Shown here: piece by piece, positions 1 to 12,389 of the stretch
Numbering within the stretch: position 1 is the first letter of the stretch
Layout of the letters: each line of letters starts with the position of its first letter
Source: Podarcis liolepis
Taxonomy: Eukaryota
NCBI GenBank assembly: GCA_965112155.1
Contig: OZ218098.1
Strand: one strand, 5' to 3'
Length of the DNA stretch: 64,000 bases
Position numbers and translations under genes: made by a program
The notes under the pieces: model-generated
What the model was told of the DNA's origin: nothing
The model's input: only the letters and a program-made list of their open reading frames with translations
Database searches by the model: none

Positions 1-216
1 TGTTGGCATTGACAATGCCTAGCCAATCCCCTCACTATCCAATTCCATATCAGGGGGTGAATGTTGGTATGTTTTGTTTTCCTTTGCACTTTAGTAGTCT
101 GTCTTTCTTACTTGAACCAACTAGTTGCACATCGCTGAAAAGTTCCTTATTGTAGAACCCTTTTTGACCTGCTTTATCTAGACTTCATGGTACACTATGA
201 GCCTGGAGATTTAAGC

Positions 217-359
217 CAGGGGTAGAGGAAACCTGTGGCCTTTCAGATATTGCTGGACTCCACCTTCCATCATTCCTGACTCTTAGCCAGGCTGGCTGGG
301 GCTGATGATAAGAGCTGGAGTCCAACAACATCTGAAGGGCCACAGGGACCCCATCCCTT
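217..359. mobile_element. Degenerate hAT-type palindromic MITE; further copies near 5713-5848, 13950-14062, 34090-34185 and 53771-53905
   Basis: Shared cagat(g/a)ttg..ggact.ca.ctcccatc / gatgggag.tg.agtcc..caacatctg inverted core. Confidence 0.75.
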
Positions 360-3300
360 TATAAAGACTGAAGTGATAAGGGTGATAAATGCTGAGGATT
401 ATGCTTCATAGCCTGGTAGCTTAGGGTAGCTGTTGAGATGGACACAGGTGGTTCTGACGTCTGCCTCTGTAAAGCAACAACTGCTGCATCAGATCTCTCC
501 TTCTCAAACTCCCACCTCTTCCTGACAGTCCTTTCCTCTCCATACTGTGTAGGCACCGAGTTGTATTATCCATGATGGAAGCAGGGCCCCCTCAACCTCC
601 TTTGTCTGTTTGATTTTGTAGAAATGTGGAAAGTGTTTAGCAGAGTTCTGACTACTTAAAGCTTTTGTGCTTAAATGGTTTTTTAGATGCAGTTTAACTG
701 AAAACAGAATGTTCACATGCAATCAAATATTGCACTGGGCAGAACAAGGATAGGTTGTTTTGGGGATAATCTGTCTATATAGGGACCCAAGTATTAATAG
801 AAACTGTTCCCAGCCTTTGAAAAATGCCAGCCCATTTGCAGAATTGTCTCCAACTAATTCACTGTCTCCAACTAATGGATGTGCAATATAAATTTTCAGG
901 CATGGAGAAACAGCAAGGCCTATTTTATGCATCTGTGCAGCACAGTCCCCACAATATCACCCTGGAATGTTCCTAAGCTTCACTGCCCATCTTCCATGTA
1001 GAACCCCATTCCATTTCCTTGTAAGGTTAGCAAAGGTTTCCATTCCTGGAGTCATTAGCATTCAAAGCACTTCATCCCATGTGCAAGGAAACATTAATGA
1101 TAATGGATGGGTTGTGAAAATCTCAAAGGAGTCCTTGCTTCATCTTTGGTATTTATGGCTTCCCCCTGCTCATCACGCATTCTGTAGTTTCAGAAGGTGG
1201 AAGATGTGCAGAAAGGAGGGAACTGGGATTGCATTTGCTAATGCTGAGCCTTTCATTGTTGGCCAAAGTCCCTGCGTGGCAGCCACATGGAAAATACTCA
1301 GGTGAATTGAGCCAAAAATCTGTTCAGGAAGGCTTGGCTCATCTTCCAGTTGGGTTTGGTATTCAGAATTGTTCTTGCTCCTCTCTCCTCCCCCACTCCC
1401 CTTTTTCTCACAGCTGGAGAACTTCTACTTCATACCTCAAGGAGTTCTTCATTTTGAAAAAAATTGAAAGGAGAGAACAGGATTTCTTCTCTGCAGTAAG
1501 GCTATACCCATCTACCTTAGATCTAGGCTAGCATAGCCATAGCAGTATCATTGTTAGGGATGCTAACAGTGCATAGATTCAGGTTGCAGTTCTGTACACA
1601 CTTTAGAGGAGGCAGGATAGAATTGCACCTGTCAGAACAGGAGTGAGGAACACTGTTCAGCCAGAGGGCCACACTCCCTTATGGGCAGCCTTTCAAGGGC
1701 CACATGCCACGGGTGGGCAAAGCAGAGAAAAAAGTGGGCAGAAGAAAGAATGTGAATTTTATTTTTGTACATTAGGCTAATTTCTACTCACACTCACACA
1801 CCCCTCTCTAACCTCCATCCAGACCAGTGAGAGGTGTCAAGGACAAATTCCAGCCAGGCCAAAACACTCAAGGAGGGTGCGAAGCCAGTGAGGGGTGTAG
1901 CCTGGGAAAAGGGGGGGCAGATGGGCAGAGCTCTGAGGGTTAAATAGAGAGGCCCAAAGGACTGTGTTTGTCCCATGGGCATGAGGTGACTCACCTGTGC
2001 ATTTGGCTGTACATAACCCTGCAGAAACTAACTGCACAATGATCTGCTCACCACTTTTGGCTGCAGAGGCCAGTGGCAGGAGAACAATGACAATTAATTT
2101 CTTCCTAGGGATAGAAGCACTTTCCGGTTGCAGGAAATTTCACTTCAGGTAATCTCTCTCAAAGCCTCCATCCCCCGAAGTATTTGATTGTTCTTGCTGC
2201 AATATGTTTTTGTTATCTGGCTGTAGACTGCCCAGATGTGCTTTGGTGCAAAGTGGCAGGGTATAAATATTGAAATACACAAATTTTAAACCATCAGTTG
2301 TGATACTTGTAATTCCCCAGGGCGATTCCATGAGCAGATGCCCATGCAAGTTCATGCTCGGGTTACCGAAAGTCTCAGTACTTTATTTTGCTTTGCTTAC
2401 TTTCTTTCCATCTGGGACTTCCCTCCCTGTTCTCAACATCTCCTTTTTCCGTAACATGGGAGACGAGAGGGATAGGATGAGAGAAATGGTCAAGTTTTCT
2501 CTTCATATACTATAAGCAAGCACAAAGAGCAGGAAGTGCAAATCTACTACTGCTTCCTGTTGCCCATTTATTAAGTAATGTCTGAAGTACTCCAGGATAT
2601 ACAGAGATACAAGCTGGGATGTAGGCAGATATTTGTTCAGTCTGCTTTTATCAGCTGTTGTAGCAGAGTGACGAAGGGCCAGGTGTGCAATGTATTTGCA
2701 TGCATCCTGTTAATTTAAGGGGGGGGGGGTTGAGGAACACACAACCAAACCCTTTGGGAATTCTGCCTAGCTGGAGTTTTTGTCAGAAAGAAGGGAAAAA
2801 ACATGGCCAGCACAGAGCAGTAGGTGGGTGGGACTGGAACGAAGGCAGAATATTCCTTATTTACAGATTTTCTTGCCATATTTGGCAATGGAGCTGCATG
2901 CAGAGTTTCTGGCACAGCAGTAATAAGTGTGTGCCTAGTGGTCAGGAGAAGCTGGCATGAAGTTGAGGAAGTCAGAACAAGGCAGGACAGATGGTAGCTT
3001 CATCGCCAGAATGCTAACCCGAGAGACACAGACAGAGAGAGTTGGGGTTTTTTCCCAGACAATGATGGTTCAGTTCTCAGTGATGTGCAAGATCTTCCTT
3101 TTCAAGGGGGTGGGGGTAGATAAATAATAAAAAGACTCTAATTCCCTTCCTGACTGCCACAAGAAAAGTGTGCCAGTTGGTTGCTTGAGCAACTTCCTTC
3201 TTTTGTAAAGTAGCTGGGGATGTTGTGTCGCAGTCTGGATTTGATCTTTTATTAACTGGATTAACAGATGTAGTAGGTAAGGAGCCAGCTACACAGCTGA

Positions 3301-3550
3301 AATGGCTGAGCTGTTGATCTTGGATGGTCATGTGAGCACATCTAAAGTTTACTCCCTTATCACCACCCCCCCACCCGGCCTGCTGCCTGTCCTGCCACTT
3401 GCTGGATGAAGAACTTGACTTACGGTTTCTGCTGTGGCATGGGTTCAATGGCATAGCAGGTGGTATGCATGGCTAAGCAAGAGAAGATTGGGAGGGTTGG
3501 ACTAGATGACCCTCTGGATCCCTCCCAACTCTACAATTTTATGATTTTAC

Positions 3551-3987
3551 GTTGAGCCACCCCTGACCTTTTTAAAGAGTAGAGCAGGTACCACTTTAAT
3601 GCAGCAAGCAAGAGGCATCTTTGGACTGGGCGAGCAAACGGGCACTCCTTCAAGAGGCTAGCAATTGAGCAGTCTCTTTGTACCATCATTTGGCACCTTC
3701 TCTGCGAGTGCAGACTCCTGGGCAGGAGGATGGTTCCTGCATGGAAGGGGACTGGTCGGAAGCATCTGATGACACGAGGGTGGGTACCTGCTCTGATAAC
3801 CTGCCTGGTCCTTCCCTGGGATCCAACTCTGCACCTGTGGCTTCTTCCTTGGCTGATTCCAAGGTTTCAGATCCTGACCTGCTAGGACCCTCCCCAAGGT
3901 CATTGGGCTTCAGGTCTTTGAGCTCATCTCCCCCTTCTGCCTGATCTGACCATCCCCTCCTGGAAAATCTCCACATGGCTTATGACA
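3551..3987 (-). mobile_element. Possible LTR-like repeat remnant
   Basis: GC-richer block that begins TGTCAT on the minus strand and encodes only low-complexity E/S/P-rich peptides. No TSD confirmed. Confidence 0.3.
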
Positions 3988-6900
3988 CTGTCCTTCCCTG
4001 GTGTACAAGCACATTGGAAGGGCTGAAACTCTGAAAGCAGCTTGTCTTTGCAATGTGCTTCTGCTGTCTCCATCCTCATCCCCGAATGAAGTAGCAGGAC
4101 ATGAGGGTGTGAGAAGGAACAGCCCACCTGAACCTGTGCTGTTTTTCCAAAGCAGAATTAGCATGTTTCTCTACTGATACTATAGCTGCAGCCAGAAACT
4201 GTGTCTGGTCATGTGTTGCCTTCTCTGGAAAATGTCAGGCTGCAGGTGGTGCGCTGCATGTATGCCAATCTTGTCTGGAACTAGAGTTTTGCAGAGTTCC
4301 TCATCCATATAGCTCCATATAGCACAAATCTAATCACTCCTCTTGGCAGTGGCTCCCCAATGTCTCACATAGAAACTTTCCCAATCCTGTGACCTAAGAT
4401 TGCTAGAGATGATTAAACCTGGGTCTTTTTGCATGCGAAGTATGTGCTCTATTACTGATCCCATCATTTGTGCGACGATCATCTTTACCATGAGTATTTT
4501 GCCTACAAAGACAGTGACTAACATGTCAGCAGAGAAACCAGGCAATAGCAGAACTCACTGCATGAGGGGATTCCCCCAGTTCAAGTCTGTCTGTAAAACT
4601 ATAAGAGAGGAGATACCCTTCCATCTTTTATTCCTAAAATGAAAGCTGGTATGTACAAAGGAGAATTTTAGCAGTGGATACCACTTCTAATATTCAGGTA
4701 CATAAAACTCATGAAATTTGTGGCAAAATCTCAAGATTTTGCAAGTGAAAATCAAGCAAATGGAGATATTCGATCTTGCCACCAATGAAAACTCAGGGCT
4801 TGTGTTTAGAGTTTGTATCCTTTCGGAAATGCGTTGCCTTTAAGCGTAAGTCACTGCTTTGTTTTCTTTCAGCTGAGCCAAATATCTTGGTCCACTCTGC
4901 CACTGGCAAATTGCTTCAGTACCCTTGCAAATGCATTTGGGCCAAGCTGAGGCTGGTCACATGGATGGGGCAATGCCAATGACTTTTCCAAAGATAGACT
5001 CTCTGTTACAGATGCTACATTGTTTGGCCAGAGCTTTGCCCCCACCCCCTTGAATTCCTGCCTCAGTGCTTCCTAGATGAGATGGGATTCAGAGTGGGGG
5101 GGGAGAGGGGTCCAATTCTGCTCAAGTGTTTATTAAGAGTCCCTTTGGCCTGGCAATAGCATAACTGGGATATGATGTCTAACTAGGAGTCTGAAAGATG
5201 GTGGTGGGGTTTGGGAGCACTACAAGAAACATGCCTACATACACACCATACCAACCTAGGAAAGAGCCAGTGCAATGGCATTGTAGCTGCATAGAACAGA
5301 GGCTGGCACTTGTCCAGAAAAGTGCCCTTTTATTCATCCTCCGCACTGAGAAGATGGTTCCCAGTACAGCGGTATGGTATGTGCTCTGCAAAATCTCAGC
5401 ACAGCCTAGTGCTGCTAAGCATCTGTAAAAGTTATTCTCCAGGGCAGAGTTCAGATTTCACAAGGGGTCTACCAAGAAGTTGCAATACTTAATCACAGAT
5501 TCCAAGGGGCCAGCCATGTTAATTTGCTCTAGTATACTAAGAAGAGCTCTGTGGCACATAAATACTTAAGATTAAATTGGTGCACAGAATACTATATTGC
5601 AGAGCCCAGTGTGAAAGAGTTATCTAAACACTGCCTAACTCACAAGAGTAATCACATTTATTATTATTATAAAAACACACAGTAGAACTCTCTTTCCATC
5701 AAACGTTGATGGCAGGGATAGACAATGTGGAGTCCCCAGATGTTTCTAGATTGTAACTCCCATCGTTCTTGACCTTTGCAATGATAGCTGGTGCTGATGG
5801 GAGTTGGAGTCCAGCAATATCTGGAGGGCAGCACACTGGTTCCCCCTGGTTTATGTCCAGGTTTTGGTTTAACCACGAACTACCATAGCCTTCATATGCA
5901 AATGCTACCAGGGACTGGGGGAGGCATCCAACCAAGTATCTCTGTTAATGCTAGGATTTATATTTTTGCAACCAAACTTCTCCCTCTCTTCCCCATGCCC
6001 CCTGGCCCTCCCCAAATCTGCTCCAGATGGTTGGGGGATACCCACCCACACCCCGAGCAGACTGGGGGCTGCAGAGAGTGGAAAGGAAGCTGCAGTTCCA
6101 TTGTGCAGCCAGAAAACTTTGTGCTAATGGAACTACCTCCCCACATGTTCTATTTACTTTTTGTCACTTAGTTATCTGTAATCTATCCCCATCCTAAAGG
6201 CTAGTGATGGTTAATGCTTCATTTAAACTCCAGGTGTTTATCTATTTTATCCTGTGGTAGCAAATCAACAGAGTGTTTTGTCACAGGGTGCCAAGAGTAT
6301 CTGTTGTTGTTTTTTGCGGCATAAGCTAGAGTGCACATCTACACTTAAGTTTACAAAAGCTTATGACATAATAAAACCGAAATGAAACTCCCTTTACAGT
6401 GGGAGGGATTTACACCAAAAAATAAGTTATCCGGTTTGTATTCAAACTTCAATCCAATACCATCTTGATCAACAGGTCCAATAGCATCTCCTCCTCCTCC
6501 TTCTCCGTGCGAATGTGTTTTCAGTTTGCTTTAAAGTGGCTCTAAGTGGTCATTAGGACAGCAAATTCAGTGAGGAGAAAAGGTATAATTGGCGGGATGG
6601 TGAACTGCAATCCCCAAAGGGTCTTCCTAAGAGGAATGCAAAGCTTTCTGCAGGTGCAGCCGTTTGGCAGGGATGCCAGAGCCCCCGCCCCTGTTTCTCT
6701 GAAATGCTGGATTAGCAGCATGAAGGATGTATCTCCGCTATCCCTGCGACAGGCTGCCAGAAGCAATCACTCCTGCTGCACTCTAATTACCCTGTGGCCT
6801 GGTGCCAGCAGACGTTCCTACCAGGAGAGCTTGTTGTGAGGCAGGCAGCAGCACAGCTTCTTGCTGCGTTTGTGTGTAGAAGGTAATTGTTTTTCTGTGC

Positions 6901-7197
6901 TGGGATCATAAAGTAAAATCAGGGTGAGGGTAAATCCATTTGGTTCTGCGCATGGCGGGATTCCCGGCAAGTCTTTAGCATGCATTTATCTCCAACCGTC
7001 TGTTGCACGCAGTGAAGCTCAAATAGCTAAGAATAATAGTGGGAACAACAACAACACCTTCATAATTCAGGCCTGCCACCTCATGGAAAATCACTTTGGA
7101 TTTTGAAATCTGCTGTTTGTAAGGGCATGCCTTGGTTTAATTAGTTCTGCTTTCTTCCTCTGAATTACAGTTTCATTAGTTCTGCCATTCACTGGAG

Positions 7198-7395
7198 AAC
7201 TAGCACAGTGTAGTGGATGGTGTGTCAGACTAGAACTGGAGTGGCACAGGTTCAAATCCCCACTCAGCCTTGAAGCTCGCTGAGTGATCTTGGGCTGGTT
7301 GTTATCTTCCAGCATGACCTACTTGACAGGGATGCTGAGAAGGTAAAACAGGAGGCAGAGATTTCCTTGGAGGAATGACTGGATAAAATTGTAAA
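7198..7395 (+). mobile_element. Older MIR/Squam3A-like CORE SINE remnant
   Basis: Degenerate A box, B box ggttcaaatccc and gtgatcttgggc core. Confidence 0.6.
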
Positions 7396-8057
7396 CAGTA
7401 GATTCAAAAAACTCTGTCAAATGCCTGGGAGAATTCCAAGGGCTGGCCAAAAGGAGAAGAGAGTGGAATTGCCCAACAGTGAGGGAAGGCATTGTGGTTT
7501 GCAAGGGGGATTAAACCACATAATGCTGATTAAACTGCAAGGTAGATGATCAGGAGACAAGGTTCCCTGCCTAGAATTTGCACAACTAGTTTTCTTGCGC
7601 AGTTAATTGGTTTCAGGAATCAGGGGTTTGGGGAATCCTCGTCACATTTTTGGTCTTTGTTCTCGGTTCCTTGAGTAAAGGGGAGATGACCTCCAGAGAA
7701 CACTTCATCTAAGAAGGGCAGTCCAACTTTTCATACGGGCCACAAGAGTGCTTTGAAATGGAACTCATAGACCTCGCACTGCCTTGTTGCACAGGGTGTG
7801 GGGAGCAAAGCTAAAATTTGACACACGCAGCCCAGCCCTCACACTTCCTTCCCAAGGCCTTGAGGGCTGCATGCATGTTGGACCACCCTGATTGAAGATC
7901 TTAAAAGTACCAAATATTCATTTGACGTGCTGGCTGAGCCTGATGGGAGTTATAGCCCCAAACACCAGAATGGTAAATGATGCTCTGTTGGAACATGATC
8001 TGCACTAAATCTCTTGATTCAAAAGGATCAGGAAGAATATTTAAGTTTACACAAATA

Positions 8058-8299
8058 CAGTGGTACCTCGGGTTAAGTACTTAATTTGTTCCAGAGGTCC
8101 GTTCTTATCCTGAAACTGTTCGTAACCTGAAGCACCACTTTAGCTAATGGGGCCTCCTGCTGTCGCCGTGCCGCCGGAGCACGATTTCTGTTCTCATCCT
8201 GAAGCAAAATTCTTAACCCGAGGTACTATTTCTGGGTTAGCAGAGTCTGTAACCTGAAGCATGTGTAACCTGAAGCGTATGTAACCTGAGGTACCACTG
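8058..8299. mobile_element. Tc1/mariner (pogo/Tigger-like) MITE
   Basis: Perfect TIRs cagtggtacctc/gaggtaccactg flanked by TA (8056-57, 8300-01), with internal taacctgaagc sub-repeats. Confidence 0.9.
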
Positions 8300-8460
8300 T
8301 ATAGACATTCCCAGAATAAATAGGATAACTTGGGGGAAATGTAATTAAAGTGAAGCATACATTTTTTTCTTCGGTGTATAATTTACAGAGATTGTGGCTG
8401 GAGAACTCAGAGGCATTTATAGTGTACAATTCTAAATCTTCATGGACTCTTCAGGATGAG

Positions 8461-8910
8461 TTAAAAATAGCCCCTTTCGTGTATTTTGGAAAGCATGTGT
8501 GATCCGTGTATCTGTGTGTATATATGTTGGTTGCTGTACACATGCTTGTGCTATAAACTAATACAGTAGCTGTCTGTTGTCGTCAGTGCATGTATATGTT
8601 ACATGAGGCTCTTTGCCTTCAGATGTTTGCCATGCTTTCCCCACTAAGTCCATATTGTTATTTACAGCCCACTACGTCGGTCCCTCCCCATCTTTGGTAT
8701 CATTTTTTTATTCACGGAGTTGAGTGCTTGGAGCCCTTGTAAATCATCTGCCTTCACACCAGGGAGCAGAGCAGTAAAGGGGGGCGGGATATATCTAGTT
8801 TGCCAGTGAGGTCACTGCGGGTTGTGGCGCGGAAAAGGCTCGCAGCAGCTGCTTGTGGCACAAGTGTCTTGTCTCTCTGGCTTGTTAATACCCACAGGGC
8901 TATAAATATT
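8461..8910 (+). promoter_or_regulatory. Candidate muscle-type enhancer or internal promoter
   Basis: Perfect MEF2 site TTAAAAATAG (8461-70), GC box (8781-88), E-boxes CAGCTG (8846-51) and CAAGTG (8861-66), TATAAA (8901-06), and local CpG retention. Confidence 0.4.
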
Positions 8911-9142
8911 GGTTTTAGGCAGGATTTCAGATATTCCTGTCACCTTTGTGTCACAGTGTGGATCAGGGCATGCCTAAACCCCAAGCTCCCTCTGTGGGTT
9001 AAGTTCCCTCCATCAGGCAGAAACCTATCACAACACCCCATGTTTGCACCCTACCCATATTCCCAGGATCACCTTGTGTCTCTTGCCCTCCATGTTTAAC
9101 ATTTGTCGCATCTATACCTTTTGGACAAGACTTTAAATCCAG

Positions 9143-9214
9143 GCTTGCTGCAAGAGCCCCCATCCAGTGCAATTACTGTCATGGCCCCAGCCTTGAGCTC
9201 AGACCCAGAGGAGG
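9143..9214 (+). CDS. TNS1: Candidate tensin-1 cassette exon (72 nt, phase 1-1): GLLQEPPSSAITVMAPALSSDPEE; alternatively a first exon starting at ATG 9181
   Basis: Strong donor AGG/gtaagc at 9214/9215 and a weaker aaatccag acceptor. Open frame that splices in phase onto exon 24713. Confidence 0.5.
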
Positions 9215-10091
9215 GTAAGCTAGGGCTGCTGTTGCACCAGCTGATAACTGGACCGGGATCTCGACACCGAACTTGTGGTTAATGGTCAACAGCTGGTAGA
9301 AGCCAAGTCTGGACTCTAGTGAGCATTTTCTTCCATGCCCTGAATCAAATGCCTCCCGCTACACTGTACCTGCCCAGCAGGAGGCTACAGAAAGAAAAAG
9401 TGCTAGTCTGCAGGCCTAGTGGGTGACCCATTAAGGATTCACAGTCTTCAGGGAAGCAGGTGGAGCTTAGGAGGGGTGCATGGGATGGACAGACTCACAA
9501 GGCCTCTGTTCACCTCCAGCCTTGTTGGAGCAATTTGCTTAGTTGATCTTTCTATGATGCTGTCTTGTCAATCCATCAATCCATCAGTACAATTATTAGG
9601 ATATGCTTTGCAAGAATCCATCTGCAAGAACACCGATTGAAATTTACGAAAACTGGAAAGACAGAATGAAACGTTCATTAAATCTATTGTTCAGCTCTAA
9701 AATGTAGCATCACTTAATATGTTTACTTCGAGCAATAAATTTAGAGAAGTAATCCAGATTAATATACACATATTATAAGAAATGATTATGGACCTTTTGA
9801 AAGTTGTTGACTTTCACCAGGATTTAAATTTCAGAGATAAAGCAAAGGAGCCGAAAATGCCTTATTTTTTTTATATACTTTTTTTTAGTAGGCATTTTCC
9901 AAGGACCATCAGAAAAAATTGGTTCTGCAGAAGTGTGTAGGATATATCTTCTTGCTGTTTGGTTGGGGGGGGGGCTAGGGTCTGAGATACAGACTGTGTC
10001 ATGCCTGCCATAAATAAGCCACACTGGGTATATCAATATTAGTTATTTAAAATGCACCACAAATCTTCCACACACTAACTGCTGCCTAACT

Positions 10092-10348
10092 GGAACCAAC
10101 TTGGTGTAATGGTTAAGAGCGGTGGACTCGTAATCTGGTGAAAGGGGTTCGCTTCCCCACTCCTCCACATGCAGCTGCTGGGTGACCTTGGGCTAGTCAC
10201 ACTTCTCTGTAGTCTCTCAGCCTCACTCACCTCACAGAGTGTTTGTTGTGAGGGAGGAAGGGAAAGGAGATTGTTAGCCACTTTGAGACTCCTTAAGGGG
10301 AGTGAAAGGCAGGGTATCAAATCCAAACTCCTATTCTTCTTCTTCTTC
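10092..10348 (+). mobile_element. Squam3-type tRNA-derived SINE, copy 1
   Basis: A box (tggtgtaatggttaag), B box (ggttcgcttcc), CORE-like ggtgaccttgggc and (CTT)n tail. Highly similar to the copies at 22540 and 35990. Confidence 0.85.
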
Positions 10349-10390
10349 CGCTCACTGTCCCATCAAGTGGTCACTAACTTGATATTTCAC

Positions 10391-10391
10391 T

Positions 10392-10426
<35 letters not shown>

Positions 10427-10427
10427 T
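10391..10427. repeat. (TTTA)n microsatellite
   Basis: About 9 units. Confidence 0.95.
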
Positions 10428-11736
10428 TATATATCCTGCTAAGCATAGCCTAGTGGAACCTTCAGGTAGGCTAACAACATGTACAAAAGAATGTGACAGA
10501 GAAGGAATTCCCCATCACCATTCATAGGACAGGTAAGAGGACAACCAACAAACTGAGATCACACCAGCTCCCAACTTGGCAAGGTGACCCAGAAGGATAC
10601 CAGTGGCTCATGGTACAAAAAGCAGCAGAGCAGTCCAAGGAAGTCAACAGATTCACCCTTCCTCCACAATAGAGATCAAAACAAGGCCCAAAGCCAGATC
10701 AATACGAAACACAATGACCAGTATCAAACAGCACTCCCTGGAAATTAGTTATCACTCCCATCTGACCATCTTGCTTGAGAATAGTATATTAGAAACTGGC
10801 CCCTAATTATTTTGCAACAGAAGGATAAAATGTGGGTACAGCATGTATTTGCTGATGGTCAGGCTAAGTCCCTGGTAAGAACCCCTTTCACATTCATTCC
10901 CAAACTATCCTTAATTTAATAAGCTCTATGGACTTGAAAATTCATCTCAGTCTCTTCTGCTACAGAGACAGTAAATAAATCTGGGCCTAACCATGCAGGG
11001 CCAATAGAAATAGATCTCCCAGAGTGAGTTTATTTAAGGGACTGTATCTGTAAGGCACCATATTTATCCTGTTTGTCCAGGGTTTTGTGGCTGCCTCTTA
11101 AATAGCATTTAGGGTCGGAGAAGAGCAGCAGCGAATGTAACCAAGCTACTGTGGGTTCCTAAATCATCCTGGGATACTGAGAAAGAGAAATGATCAGGGG
11201 GGCATTTGTGTGGGAAGGATGTGAATTTGAATATCAACAGACTGTCCCTGGCAGCCACTTCCATCTGTGTATTTGTGGCCATCCTGTGTTGTTGTGATGG
11301 CTGGCCATCTTGGGAAAGTGATGAGATCCTGATGTGCCTGTAGTATTTAAGGGGCAGTTGTGGTGGGGGGACGATAGAGAATTGTTACTTGCTACTCATT
11401 TTCACATGTCACTTTCTTGAAATATTGCAAATATAGAGCAGCAGTACTTCCTAGTATTTGGTTTGGGCCATAGGTCTGCTGAGCATGGATCTACAGAACA
11501 AAGAGAATGTACTATTTAATACAGCCAAAGATGGCATTTATTTTCTACATTCAAATGAAGCTTTAAAGAGGGATAATGAAGTGGCATTCGCTACCTTCGT
11601 AAGTGGTTTCTGCTGTGAAATTAACACAATGTGGATTTTTTTTGAAGTAGAGCTCCATTTTCCTCCATATGTTCTTTCATATCATCCTGTGAGTTGCTTT
11701 CAGTGACAGGGAAGTGGCTCTCCTGATTCTCTAAAT

Positions 11737-11869
11737 CAGGCATAGGGAACCTTTGACTCACCAGGTGTTGCTGAATTACAACTCCCACCATCCCTGGCCA
11801 TGCTTGCTGGGGCTGATGGGAGTTGTAGTTCAGCAACATCTGGAGGACCAAAGGTCCCCCACACCCCTG
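11737..11869. mobile_element. hAT-type palindromic MITE
   Basis: CAGG...CCTG ends, 8-bp TSD ctctaaat/ctgtaaat. Same family as the 48435 copy. Confidence 0.85.
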
Positions 11870-12008
11870 CTGTAAATGGTTTACTGAAGCCCTTTGAAAG
11901 GACTAAGAGCTGTTGGGATAACTAGTTTTTCACCCACGCCCCACTCAACAACTGCCAGGCCTTTACCTTTGGTTTCCCCACCTGCCTAATACTGCTGACA
12001 GACATATA

Positions 12009-12389
12009 AAGATAAAGGGACCCCTGACAGTTAAGTCCAGTCGCGAACAACTCTGGGGTTGCAGCCCTCATCTCGCTTTACAGGCCGAGGGAGCCAGCAT
12101 TTGTTCGCTCCCCAGACAGTTTCCCTGGGTCCTGTGGCCAGCATGACTAAGCCACTTCTGGTGCAACAGAACACTGACACCGGAGCAGCGCACGGAAACG
12201 CCGTTTACCGTCCCACCAGAGCGGTACCTGTTAATCTACTTGCACTTTTTGGCGTGCTTTCAAACTGCTAGGTTGGCAGGAGCTGGGACTGAGCAACGGG
12301 AGCTCACCCCATCGCAGGGATTTGAACCGCTGACCTTTTGATTGGCAAGCCCAAGCGGCTCAGTGGTTTAGACCACAACGCCACCCGCT
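12009..12389 (-). mobile_element. Sauria SINE, near full length
   Basis: tRNA-like head on the minus strand, typical body (ggaaacgccgtttacc...cggtacct...atctacttgcac) and aaaggg/ACCTTT-type tail. 8-bp TSD gacatata at 12001-08 and 12390-97. Confidence 0.9.
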
